NCBI GenBank assembly: GCA_035221665.1
Contig: CM069144.1
Span: forward strand, 34,596,001 to 34,660,000
From: Okamejei kenojei
Taxonomy: Eukaryota
DNA: 64,000 nucleotides
Reading direction: 5' to 3'
The notes under the pieces were generated by a model that did no database searches, was not told where the DNA came from, and saw only the letters and a program-made list of their open reading frames with translations. A program made the translations under genes and the position numbers. Positions 14,755 to 28,211 of this stretch are shown here, in pieces; within the stretch, counting starts at the first letter, position 1; every line of letters begins with the position of its first letter.

Positions 14755-16779
14755 AAGGATGAAGAAACACTGGAGAAAGTACGAAAGTATTGACAGATAA
14801 AAGTGGAGCTGTGATTTCATCTCTTGGAAAGTAACGAAAAGGTTTAGGCAAAATCTAAAAGGCCATTTAAAATTACGTGGTGGGAATCAAAAACTGAGCT
14901 CATGGATGCCTTCAGTATGCTTCAGCAAGCGTCGAATTCTGGTAGGACAAAAAGAGTAAATGGCAGGAGTGTTGATGTACACAGGGACTTCGGGCTTGAA
15001 CGAGTTGGCAGTATGGATGGTAAAAGCAGATACAGCCACAATGTTTAAAATACATTTGGGATGGCACTTAAATATGAATGGCATTAAAAGATCTGGGCTA
15101 TTTCATGCAAATGCGATTCACTGAGAAAGGCATGATGGGCAGCACAAATGAGATTGACCAAAAAGCCCAGTTTCTGTGATGGATGATTATGAATTTGCAC
15201 CCTCGGATTACAATGATCAGTGAAAAACATTCCACGTTTAAACAAATATAAATTAATACAATGGTCTGCACGAAATGTGGGTATCAGATCCTCATTTGGT
15301 GCAATAGACCAGAGGGAAATAATAAATATTTTCTAAGTTTAGAAAGAAATTGACTATCATAATTTGCTTAAGGCAAATATAAAGGAAAACTGAATAGGGC
15401 CTAGTCTATACGATTAAAAAGCTGAGATGATAGAATGGAAGATTGTATTGGGTTTGGCAAGAAAACTGGAATGGATTTTAAATTGTTTCTACTGGTTGGA
15501 GTAAATAGTTTGGTTTAATGCTGCCTATAAATTGGCATATTCTGTGAACCTAGTTCAGATTATACATACAGTGCTTTCTCTTAATTGTTTCTATTTTTTT
15601 TTTGCACGTCCAGCTTTTTATGTATGATTTTTTTGTTTTACTCTTTTTACTGTTTTGCACGACAAGGCTCTCTTTGTAGCTTTGTAGGAGGCTCATGCTT
15701 GAAGGACTAAGAGACCTAGAAACATTTCAGCCAGTTTACTTGATCCACTAATTTCTCTGTCTTAGTTGAGTATACGCAAGATGTGACTGATTTAGCACGT
15801 AAACTGTTTGACTCCCAAATGTATCGGTTGCCTACCCCATCCCAATGTTAATGTGCTGCAAAGACAATCTGTTGCTGCAGAAAACCAAATCACACCTCAA
15901 CATTCCAGTGACTGAATGGTTCACAACCCCAGTCTGTGCAGATCATTATATTAAGTTGTGCTTGGAATGTATTTCACTGATCATTGTACTCCGAGGTTGT
16001 AAATTGAAGATATCAGTGAGCTCCGCTAATGTCAGACTTGTGAATCGTAGGCTGAAGTTTTACTCCAGAGCTTACAAAGCCACAGCAGCAAGATGTATGT
16101 GATGTAATTGCAAATTGTTGTGAGTTGTGTGCTGATGTGGGTATACCACATGCTGGAATTGGATTTGGATTAGAGGAAGAGCGTGTTCATAATTGTATGT
16201 GGGCTCACTTTAATTGGTACACCATCAAGCAACCTATCACCAGATATTGTCATAGACTATCTGTTGAATAATTGATTAACAGTATGTTTTAGTTTGGGGC
16301 CGAGAAGTCCATGTGCATTCAGCTCACCCATCTAGATTCTAGAGCATTTTCTTTGGTGTATTCGGAATAATTCTAATTGTCATCTGCTGACTAGAAACTA
16401 TTGAGTGCCATCCTTTATAGTTTTATGTTCTACCAGCTGCATTGATAACCTTTGAAAGAAAGATTTGCTGATACTCTAAAATAAAAGTGACTACATATTT
16501 CTAGTAGAAATATCCTTCCATGTTTCTGGATTTCTAAAACAAATGAAATGCATTCCCTATTCAGCAAATTGTCTGTTAGTGGTTTTACTGGTGTTTGAAG
16601 GAAGTGTAACAGCAACTGTTGCTTGATGAATTTAAATTATTAGGTTGTGAGACATGATATACCAATATGCAAAAGCAACATGCAAAACAAAAGAGAGTGC
16701 ATATTGTAGCATTGGTGATAACATTTGCTGGGTTTGGACATTTGAAATGAGCCCCTGAATTTAAAAAAGTGTTGTCGTA

Positions 16780-17530
16780 CGATAAAGTTTGAAGGTGAGA
16801 CCAAGTAGAATGGGCCCTTCAGCTCACAATGTCTGCCGAACATAATGCCAAAATCATCTCATATTAAACTCCACATTATCCATATCATTCCATTCCCTAC
16901 ATATCCATCTACCTATAAAAAAAGTCTCTTAAATGCCACTTTCGTATTTGCCTCAACCACCAACCCGAGCAGCGGGTTTCATCATTCGCCACCCTCTGCA
17001 AAAATAAAAGTTGCCCTGCACGTCTCCTTTAAAGTTTGCCCCTCTCAGCAGAAAGCTTGGCGCTCGAGTATTTGACTTTTCCAACCTGAGAAAGGGTTCT
17101 GACTGTCTACTCAATCTATGCCTCTCATAATTTTATATACTTCTATCAGGACTTCCTGTATCCTCCAGCTTTCCAGAGAAAATCAAAATCTGTCCACTCT
17201 TCCTGTAACTGATCCAGGCATTATTCTGGCAAACTAGACTGCACACAATGCTTCAATTGGGGCCTAACCAAAGCTGTATTGTGACTTCCTGACTCATACT
17301 TGATGCCCTATGAAAGCAAGCGTACAATATCCCTTCATTACCACTCTGTCTACTTGTGTTCCCACTTTGAGAGATTTATGGATTTGGTCCCCTAGATCCC
17401 TCTGTCCATCGATGTTGTTAAGGATCATTCCATAAGTGTATATTTTCCGCTCGTATTTGACCTTCCAAGTGCAACACCTCACACTTGCTCAATTTAAACT
17501 CCATCTGTCAATTTTCTACCCATTCCAGCA
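16780..17530 (-). mobile_element. CR1 LINE 3' fragment (degraded)
   Basis: Minus-strand translation QRDLGDQIHKSLKVGTQVDRVVMKGYCTLAFI is typical of the CR1 ORF2 C-terminus. Confidence 0.7.
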
Positions 17531-17540
17531 TTGCTAGTGA

Positions 17541-17798
17541 CTTAGTTAAATTACAGTTCACGGGCATTCTTTGTGCCAGTGCAGCCATGCCCGAATAGTT
17601 CCAACTAAATCAAGGGCATGAGATGGGAGAAATAAGATGAAAAGTGTGCTTTGTGTAAGTATTAAAAAATCCGTGCCACTTCATGCATAAATCTGACTAA
17701 ATAAGACTTGGCACAAATATCTGTTCTATTTTTCAGTGTATTGGAGGAAAGGTCACGTTGAAGAAAAAATAAATGCGGCCTTTGTATTATCACTGGAA
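17541..17798. other. Copy 1 of a diverged tandem-duplicated non-coding element
   Basis: Collinear with 18116-18368; shares identical 22-, 27- and 18-nt blocks. Confidence 0.85.
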
Positions 17799-18115
17799 GT
17801 AACTCTTACGTTTTCCTGCATTCTTTCTGGCTCAGCACATTCTCATTCTCACTTGCCTGCCTGCCTGCCTGCTTGCTTGACTTTGCCTACCCTTATTTGT
17901 GCATTCCCTCTTCTGATTGCTGCAATTCTGTGAGGATGGACACGCGCGCGCGTGCTTGCGCGCACACACTCACACTAGCACTTACTTGCTTTTGGCCACC
18001 TGTTTGAAGATTGGTGGAAGTATTTCTTGGGCAGCGAACTCTCAAGGTTTAAATGGCAGCGTGTGAATATTGAACTTGCATTTCAGGTTCAGTAGTGACC
18101 ATTAGCTTGTATTTC

Positions 18116-18368
18116 CTTAGTTAAATTATGGTTTAAGCCTTTTTGTCAGTGTAGCCAAGCCCCAACAAGTCCAACTACATCATGGGTGTGTAATGGGAGA
18201 AAGAAGAGGAACAGTGTGCTTTGTACGACTGTTTATAGAACCATGCCACTTCATGCATAAATCTGTGTGACTGGAAAACGTGGCACAAATATCTGTTCTA
18301 TTTTTCAATATTGGAGGGAACGCCATATTATATGAATTTTGAATACGGCCTTTGTATTATCACAGGAA
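18116..18368. other. Copy 2 of a diverged tandem-duplicated non-coding element
   Basis: Collinear with 17541-17798. Confidence 0.85.
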
Positions 18369-21276
18369 CATCACATTTAAATCCAGCTAATTGAGGAAGG
18401 GTTATTTTAACTCAACAGCTGTCAATAATCTTGTGATAGTTTTGTTCAGTTGTTCAGCATACACTGCATCTTTAATATCAGCTACACTACATTTCAATAA
18501 AGGTTAACATTGGAAATGATATATGCATTCAAGTGTATGTGCACATATCTTTAGCCATAGATGTCAATATCATATCTCTGAAGTGATTTTATTATTTCAC
18601 GCTTTGCTTGAATCCTTTAAGCCAATTGGTTAACGGTATTACATTTCAAATTAGCAATTGACCTAGCAAATCTTTACATTCCAGAAAGTACAACCTTAGT
18701 TTATGTATTCTCTCCATATTGGGTAACCCTCTGAATCCTGGTTTCATTATCTAAAATTTATGCTGCGCTTCTTCCTCAGACAATATTTCCTTCCTCAGAT
18801 TGAAACACAAAATTAGGAGTTGATTGTTCTATTCCTCTTGCCTGTTTTGTCACAATTTCTGCACTGTCCACATTCATTGATTCTCATAACACCTAAAAGT
18901 TCTGCCATGAATATACTCAGTGACAGATCCTTCTCAGTCTTCTAGGGCAGGAAATTTCAAAAGATTCACAAGACTGCATGAAGGAATTTCTTCTCATCTG
19001 TTTCCTGAATGGTTGGCCCTTTATTTGTGATCGACCTTCGCTCCTTGACATTGCAGCCAGGAGAAATGTTAACTCTGGATTTACCCTGCCAAGTCCTTAC
19101 AGTTGCGATTAAAACTTATTTCATTATTCCAGCTGATTCAACTGGAGTTTTCCATAGCTGCCATCTAACTTTTATTTCTTTGTAGTTCATATAAAGGTCA
19201 GCATTACATTTGTCTTTTTGTACCTGTCCATGAGACTCTGTATGTGACCACATTGTAGTCACATTGGATCTGTTCTAGTGTGTATCACCACAGAAAATAT
19301 TCTTATCTTCTCAGCTCAAAGTGGATTACCTCCACTTTGTCCACGTTGAAATCTGCCAAAATGTTAACACTTACCAGGTATTAATATATTTTTGTAATGT
19401 AATGCTTTTCAAATGCAGCGTTTGCAATATATTTTTGTGTTATCCTCAGACTTGGATGTGTTTCTTTCTATCTCAGTCACATCTCAGTATAATGAATTTC
19501 CCCAACACATATCCTGGACCCAATAGGTGGCTTGCGGATTTGACACTGGCTCATCATCCCTATCTGTCCCTGGCTGTTCAGCCAATTTCTTGGTGAGATC
19601 TACAAATTTTCTTCAAACCCAACAGCCTCTTGAGGGTTTTCATCAAATGACTTGTGGAAACCCATCCAGACAATGTCCATAGATATTCCTCTGTTCATTA
19701 CTTCTTCCATTTCATCAGGCCTTGTCTACCCAGTATAATGTCGTCTTGCTCTGTTTGATCACCTGGAGCTTTTTGTTTCCACTTGTTTCCATTATGACTC
19801 AAGTAATTTCTTGACAACTATTAGGCTAACTAATTCTCTGCTCATCCATAATCATCTCATCTTTCTTAAATACGTGCACAGCTTTCCAATCAGTTGGCAG
19901 ATCATGACAGCTTTGGTATATTATGGCAAATGCATTTGTAAATGCCTCGTGCTTCCTTTAAAACACTTGGGTGGAATCAATCTATTTACGATATGATATA
20001 ATAGAACTTTATTTATCCCAGGAGGGAAATTGATCTGCCAACAGTCATAAAAAAAACACAAAATACATGAAACATGAAATTTGGGGGGGGGGGGGGGGGG
20101 GGGGGGGGAGAGTCTCAGTCTACCCCATGATAGAAAGGGGAGGAGGTTTGCTACTTTTTATTTCATGAATCCTAATTTACCTGTGCTTGTTCTGTTCGGT
20201 GTGCTTTTAGTTTGATGATGTCCCTTTTAAATATGCATAATTACACTTTAGGATATTAACTAGTTCCGTATTACAGCAGGTTCTTCTATAAATAGTCTGC
20301 TCCATATGAGTTGTGGTATCCAATGCCATAATTATCAAGTTTATCATGATATGTATGCTTCAGTGGATACTTGTTCAGCCTTCTGAAAACTGCAGCTGTA
20401 GCCACTGATTCACATTTCTTCCAGTATAAAGAATATATATAACAAATTAATCTGAGATGGTTTCAATTCTAGAAATGTGTACATCAGTGTGATATATGCA
20501 CAAAAATGAGAGATATGTTATTGTAATTCCATAGTATTGCTGAACAAATAAGGCTGTCAAGAACAGACAGCCGATATAGCCTATTTCCCATTCTGTGGAG
20601 AAAATGTAACACATGAAATAGTAGTTAATAATGTGTATTACATTTTCTCCTCACATGTATTCTACACTGCAATTTACAATATTTCAGCATTATCCACAGA
20701 TGAGTAATAGGAAAGTCATGCAAGATATCCTTGACATATGTATATACAGGGGACGAATTGTGAATATAATCAGGTCAAATTTTCTTCCCATCTCAATTAC
20801 AGCAATCCATTTTTGTTCAGTATACATCAAATTCGCCAGAGAATAATTTTCAGAAATAATCTGCGTTTTGTCATGGACGAGAGATTGATCCATTTACTAA
20901 TTAAACCATCCTTGGAGTTCTTTTGCAGAGAATCACTTAATTGTCACTTTTGTAATCCTTTCAAGGACAATGTGAAATGGATATCACCAAATCCATTTCT
21001 TTAATTTGTTTACCCACTGAATGGCAAATTGTATGAATTGGGTTTCTTAAAGATTTATTTAAATCTAAATTCAAGATTTGACTAAACTGATTTTTGCATG
21101 TTGCACAATTGCCCCTTATCCTTCAGTTGGGAAAGTGCAAAGCAAGATTGTCCTTCATTACAGTCATTACAGTCTAGTCACTTATGGAAGTGTTCTAGAA
21201 TGTTGTTTTAGATATTGATGGGTGCTTGATGTTTGACACAGACATGGAGGGTCGAAGAGCTTGCTTTTGAGCTGGA

Positions 21277-21515
21277 TGACAATAGGTGCAGGAGTAGGCC
21301 ATTTGGCCCTTCGAGCCAGCACCGCCCTTCAATGTGATCATGGCTGATCATCCCCAATCAGTACCCTGTTCCTGCCTTCTCCCCATATCCCCTGACTCTG
21401 CTATTTTTAAGTCCTATCTAGCTCTCTCTTGAAAGCATCCAGAGAACTGGCCTCCACTGTCCTCTGAGGCAGAGAATTCCACAGACTCACCACTCTCTGT
21501 GAGAAAAAGTGTTTA
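21277..21515 (-). mobile_element. CR1 LINE 3' end fragment
   Basis: Reverse complement of the CR1 tail seen at 61750-61980; related copies at ~26190-26530 and ~31470-31760. Confidence 0.8.
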
Positions 21516-24500
21516 TGATTATAACAGCACTAATCTACACCGCGGTTCCTTGTTTCATTTTAGCCTCCTTATAAAAATCTACTCTGTTGGCTAAGATATT
21601 CAAGGATAACAGGAATTCTTCCAGGATTTGTTTTCTTCAAGTTGGGTGAAAAGTAATAAAAAAATTAAGGCTTAAAAGAAATTCTCAGAAGTGCAGTAAA
21701 ATGGACACTGGAGGGCAGCAGAGTGTTAATGCTCGAAACATTCCTGTTACACTGAACTGCCGCACATGTAATCCTAAAGAGCAAATCATCATCCCTTATT
21801 TCTGCCTGTAAAATTTTTGGAGACTATCTCTTAATGTATGTGATAAATTGTTTTGCACTTTAGTCTGCTGTGTTTTAATCAGTCCGCAATATTCCCCATG
21901 AGTTAATCTTTTTTAAATTTGCTCTGAGCACTCCCTCCTTGGTAGAACTGATCAGCTGTGAATAAACCAAAAACAAATGTATTCCAGTTAGCCTCGCTCT
22001 ACAGTACAGCTCTGTGCTCTTGACACATTTATATAACTTCATGCATGAATTATGTGTTGTACCATGTGACACAGAATAAGCAAACTGAAAAACAGGTTTT
22101 TACTTTAGAAACCCATTTTGAATACTGTTATCGTATTAATCACATAGTACAATAGAATAGGGCAGACATTACGACAGTACCAGCCAGTTTCATTAGTTAA
22201 ATTGTCGTTTTTTCCCCAAATTACTATTGATTCAAACCACTTGACGATGGTCATGATTACTTGCCACCTTGCCTTCCTTACATTTGCATATTGCATGATG
22301 TTGACAAACCAGTTCTATTTAGAATCAGTCCTTTTGACCTAGCCATTTGTGTATTTTTAGATGGTTCATGGCCTTGTTTTTTTTCCAGACAAAATCCAGC
22401 ATATTCAGTTTAGAATTTAAACTGTATAGAGAGGTGGGAATTGTAGAATTTCCCAAATTTCATTTTGCACTCGTCAGACTCCAGTCATTCAGTCTATTCA
22501 AATCCCAAAATGCAATTTTTGTTAGATTTTTTTTTTTTTTTTAATTTTTCTGTATCCCCCTATTCTCTATTTTATAATTACTTTCTCTTCCATCTGTACC
22601 ATACCTTCCTCTGGAAAATCTAGATTTAAAAATGTTCTTGTCTGGCATGATTATGCGCTTTTTTTAAGTTCACGACAAATCTGCAGAGACTTTCCTTATT
22701 GCTGATGCCGTCTTCAGTGGTTCAGCACTGAACTTCCTCAAGGAAGCCGTGGTTTTCACGCCTCGGCATTAATGTGGATCAACTGCGTTCCATCCATTAC
22801 CATTTGATAATGATTGTCCGTCGATCTTTGTGAGAGCGCTCCATTTTGCATGGAAATAAATCATATCTTTTTGTTCTCAGCCCTGGCATAACATAAAGTA
22901 GTGGGAGCAGTATATTGATTCTATTGCATTTCTTTTTCTTCTAACTTTGATGCCCGCCATAAATGAATTGACCGAATAATGGACTTTAGTTCTCTCTTGG
23001 ACAGCACAGATAAATTGCTTTTGAAACGTAAGCCCAAAGTATAAAATTATTTTATATTGTGAGAAATTAGCTCTGGGAATGATACTTGGTCTTGGTTAAA
23101 ATAGATTGAACCAAACCATGATAATTCCATACACTTTACGACTATTAGAATTCAAACGTTTGTGGAAAAGTTGAGAGGTGTATGGACTGATGGGACTAGC
23201 TCAGGAAGGCAACTTGGCGGGCATAGGATCGTTGGGCCGAAAGGTCGCTTTCCATGCCATGTAACCTTTTGCCTCTGACTCTTATCTGCTAGCTTTATAT
23301 ATTAAAATCCATTCTGCGCTGTTACAGACTGTCGAATCTCAGATGTCAGCTTCCAACTTCAATGATTTGTTAAATGTACTTCAAAACCATAGCTTTTTAT
23401 TACATTTCATTCCAAGAGAGTTATTTGATTAAATTCCAGCACTTCTTTGCAAATACACAATTTTGCACATGTATTATTTCGATTATGCAGATCAAAACAA
23501 AATAATTTGAAACAGGAGGAAAAAGTAGCACTTCTAAGAGTTGCAACCTTAATAGGTAAAATGCGCTGAACACGAGGAACTTTATGAAAGGGAAAATAGA
23601 AAATAGACCACTTTGTGGGAATCATGCTGTTAATACAATTTTCAACAGATGCTGACCAAATTAAAATGTACAGCTGCATCTTTCATCATTAAAATTATAT
23701 TCCTAAGAATTTAGAAGGCAATAAAGTATTGTATTTCATGATATTTTTGGGTGGTTTTGTTAAAAATCCATAAAAACAATGATTTTCTTGCTTTACAAAA
23801 TTATAGATGTAAACTAAGAGTCAATGTATCTTTACTTTAGTTAAATAAGGGGGTTTTCTACAAGGTATTTCTCAACCACAGCCGCACAGATGGCACGGTA
23901 TTGCAGCTCAGACAATGAAATACATCCAAAGTATAGTTACTACTGGTGTAGTGACAGATTTTTATATCGTTTCAAGGATTCCTCCTTTGTCACGATGATT
24001 GAAGACAGGGGTTTAGGAGATTATCGATACGCATTCACGAGCTGTCCACGAGACATAAAATGCCGTCGAAAGATAAATCTTACAAAACACAGTCTTAATT
24101 AATAGTTTATTTATTGCAGCAGTAAAAACAGTAAGATATTCATCCAAACTTCTTGTTTAAGTTTTTGATCTTACTCGTAGTCAAACTCGTGAATGGTGGA
24201 AAGCTGTGATCTCTCCTCCATGCTTCTTCAAACTAAACTAAACACTAGGGCATCTGCGCAAGAATCCCAGCCGCAAACACGCCTCCGACTATGTATGAAT
24301 CCCACCCACATAATTATGGGCAGATAAAATTTAAAGAGTTTACATAAAGCAAGATTCCATAAATGGTGGTTAAATAAATGATCAAATAATGTTTTTAAAA
24401 GATTCGTAAAACAGTTTAAAAGAATATAGAATCTATAATTTTATAAATGAATGAAATTAAAACATTACACTAAAACATTGGCAAATTTCTTTGGGAATCA

Positions 24501-26189
24501 GAAGAAGTCATGGTATAAAATAATTAACAAAAGGACCAGTGAAGAACATTTTATAAGGTTTTGAACTTATGGGAATGTTCTGCCTGAAAGAGTGGTGGAT
24601 GCAAATGAAATAGCAACTTTCAAAGGGAATTAGAGTTGAATGTTTAATTGCCATACGTACTGACAACAGAACAATTAAATTCTTGCTTGCAGCAGCCGAA
24701 CAGGCCTGTCAACACAATACTGACAGATAACGTATAGTCACAAAAATGCTAATAAATTAATAACCCCAATACAAGTTTTAAAACTTCCCGAAGTTTTTAG
24801 TGTAACCAAAGACAGTCCGTAGTTCACGTGATTTTGTGTTTTGTAGTGTTCAAGAGTCTGATAGTTTTTGGAAAGAAGCTATTCTTGAACTTGGTGGTCA
24901 TGGTTTTTAAACTCCAATACTTCCTTCCCAATGGTCTGAAATGAGAGCGCAGCCAGGGTGCTGTGAGTCTTTGCTGGTTGCCTTTTTGAGGCAGCATCTC
25001 CTATAGATCCCTTCAATGTTGGGTTGGTCAGTAACTGTGATGCACCGGGTCTGTGTCCACCACTTTTTGTAATCTCCTTAATTTCTCGGGATGCACATGA
25101 AAAATAATTTACAGGGCTATGGAGAAATAGCAAGAGATTCTGCCCATTTAGATAATTATATATCTGAACCAGCTTAGAAATAGAAGTCCTAAATTAATAC
25201 CTGTGCATTATCATATTATAATTTACTTAAGTATTGGCTGAACTTTTTTTGTATTAATTCTTGGGACAAGGGCAGTAATCCTCTGTCAAATTGACTTTTT
25301 TTAAATCTGACTAATCCTTGTGATAAAGACCACTTCCACATTGCTATTAGTTTAAGTTCCAGGAAACTGACCTGCTGATGATATTTTCAGCTCTGTTTAG
25401 AGCTTTGCTTTGAATCAAGCTTGCATTGCTCTTAAGTATCAACTAGCTTGGCAATTAGAAATTAAAGGATAAGGGATGTGCGCTGGAATGTTGATATTAA
25501 GGCAAGGAGAACTCAACTTGTTTTCAAATTTGTTATGACCTTTTTTTTTATATATCCACTTTGGAGAGCTGACAGGGTTTAGTCAAACATCACCTCAAAA
25601 GCATGGTAGCACGAGTCTTCAGAATGTGGCTTGAATACAGCAATCATGCTAGTTGGCTCCCAACAGGACTGTGGCAAATATTGGAAAGTTTTGTAACTTG
25701 AAAAGGTGTAACTAGTTTGAAAGAAGAACTTCACTTTCCTGGTGGAGAAAGTAACCCAGTCTGATGGTTTATTTAATAGTCGCAGGATTTGCTGTTACAG
25801 CTGCCTACCAATTAAAAATCAATCCACTGGAAATCTAAAATAGTAATGGTGGAAAGGAGGTCGGGCTGCACCTGGGGGAAGAGAAATAATTAACGTTTCA
25901 GGTCGAAGACCCTTTGTCAGAACTGCATCATTCAACATGCGCTTCATTCTTTCCTGTATCTGTCAAACCCTTATAGAACTGAACATCCCAGTTGTCCAAC
26001 TCAATGCACTGAGTGATAACAGAATTAAAATATTTGTAGTCTCCAAGCAATTTATCTTGATGGGCCTATTGTGCAAATGGTATGGATCCAAATGGCGATT
26101 AGATAATTTAATGTTCCAGTTTCTCAGTTGCCAGTACTTACAGATTGTGTTCTAGTTCAGTCATTGCTGCTAGAGCGGGAATAGCTCTT

Positions 26190-26530
26190 ACATAGAAACA
26201 TAGAAAATAGATGCAGGTGGAGGCCATTTGGCCCTTCGAGCCAGCACCGCCATTCATTGTGATCATGGCTGATCATCCACAATCAGTAACCCGTGCCTGC
26301 CTTGTCCCCATATTCCTTGATTCCGCTAGCCACTGGAGCTCTATCTCTCTTTTAAATTAATCCAGTGAATTGACCTCCACCGCCTTCTGTGGCAGAGAAT
26401 TCCACAAATTCACACCTCTCTGGGTGAAAAAGTTGTTTCTCATCTCAGTTTTAAATGGCCTCCCCTTTATTCTTAGACTGTGGTCTCTGGTTCTGGACTC
26501 CCCCGACACTGGGAACATTTTTCCTGCTCC
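26190..26530 (-). mobile_element. CR1 LINE 3' end fragment
   Basis: (catagaaa)n tail followed by gcaggtggaggccatttggcccttcgagccagcaccgcc. Confidence 0.8.
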
Positions 26531-26629
26531 AGTCCTATATAATTGGCATGTAAACCTCTGGTCCTATATAATTCGCAAATAAAAATAACACTCGATTAAC
26601 TTTAGTTAGTGGGTCAATTTTGATATTTG

Positions 26630-27487
26630 CAATGCCCTCCTTAATGTTTGGGACAAAGACCCATCATTTATTTATTTGCCTCGGTAGTCCACAATTTGGG
26701 ATTGTGGAGTATTGGCCTGTATTGCAGCCACCTTTAGCTTATGCTTGTTTTGGGGCTAGACCCCTTCAATTTATCTTCAGCATATAAAAGGCTGAAGATA
26801 AATTGGGTTCAGATCAGGTGATTGACTTGGCCACTTGAGAATTAACCGTTTTTTAGCTTTGAAAAACTCCTTTGTTGCTTTAGTAGAATGTTCGGGATCA
26901 TTGGCTTGCTGTAGAATGAACCGCCGGCCAATGAGTTTTGAGGCATTTGTTTGAGCTTGAGCAGATAGGATGTGTCAATACACTTAAGAATTCATTATGC
27001 TACTACCATCAGCAGTTGTATCATCATTGAAGATGTGAGTCAGTACCTTCAGCAGCCATACGTGCCCAGGCCATAACACCCCCACCACCGTGTTTCACAG
27101 ATGAGGTGGTATGTTTAGGCGTTTGGGCGGTTCCTTCTCTCCTCCATACTTTGCTCTTGCCATCACTCTGATATAAGTTAATCTTTGTCTCATCTGTCCA
27201 CAAGACATTTTTCCAGAAATGTGGTTGCTCTTTTAAGAACTTCCTGGCAAACTTGGCCATCCTATTTTTCTGGCTAACCAGTCATTTGCATCTTCTAGTG
27301 TAGCCTCTGTATTTCTGTTCATGACGTCTTCTGCGGACAGTGGTCATTGACAAATCCACACCTGACTCCTGAAGAGTGTTCCTGATCTGTTGGACAGATG
27401 TTTGGGGATTTTTCTTTATTATAGAGAAAATTTGTCTGTCATCAGCTGTGGAGGTCTTCCTTGGCCTGCCAGTCCCTTTGCTCACCA

Positions 27488-27540
<53 letters not shown>

Positions 27541-27988
27541 CTCTCGCTCTCTCTCGCTCTCGTAATGACATTCCAAACTGTTGATTTTGGTAAGGCTAAG
27601 GTTTGGTTGATGTCTCTTAACCGTTTTATTCTTGTTTCTCAGTCTCATAATGGTTTCTTTGACTTTCATTGGCACAACTTTGGTCCTCATGTTGATAAAC
27701 AGCAATACAACTTTCCAAAGTTAAACACACCTGAACAATTACAAACGCCTGTGAAGATATGTGTCCCAAACATTATGGTGCCCTGAAATGGGGGGGACAA
27801 TGTATAAACACAGCTGTCATTTCTACATGGTGAAACCAAAATGTTTAAAAATGGTATTTAATAAAATCTGACAATGTGCACTTTAACCACATGTGATTTT
27901 TTTTTTCTATTACAAACCTCAAATTGTGGAGTACAGAGGCAAATAAATAAATGATGGGTGTTTGTCCCAAACATTATGGAGGGCACTG
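26630..27988 (-). mobile_element. Tc1-like transposon, internally deleted, with a disrupted transposase
   Basis: Termini ca.tgccctcc.taatgtttgggacaaa; TA at right end; translations GTGRPRKTS and WKNVLWTDETKINLYQSDG...VKHGGGGVMAW. Confidence 0.92.
27491..27560. repeat. (CT)n microsatellite inside the Tc1 element
   Basis: Direct inspection. Confidence 0.95.
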
Positions 27989-28211
27989 TAAGATTCTTAT
28001 TCATTTTCCGCTTGTTTTCCACTTTCATCCGGTCCATTTACTAAATTATTTGAATTTCATATACTGGCAAGTGGCATGAATTAATCCAGTTTCAATGGAT
28101 ACGCAGACAGTTGAGGATTTTTCACATAAACTTAATTTTCTTGTGAACCTTGGTGGCAGCTAGTTTTAAAGAGGTGACGTCTTTGACCTGTGTAAACAAG
28201 ACTTTGTGATA

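Noticed and set aside
17600-17718. H/ACA snoRNA call for the duplicated element (ANANNA, hairpin, ACAaat)
   Set aside because: The 5' hairpin and pseudouridylation pockets are unconvincing and conservation extends ~80 nt beyond the ACA; kept only as a hypothesis
22380-24080. Fleeting similarity of minus-strand fragments to polyomavirus large T (TKEE..RYK, KRYDLF, LEKK), pneumovirus F (GWYCRN) or PolB
   Set aside because: Motif spacing is inconsistent and no Walker A or YxDTDS motif was found; identity cannot be assigned without a search
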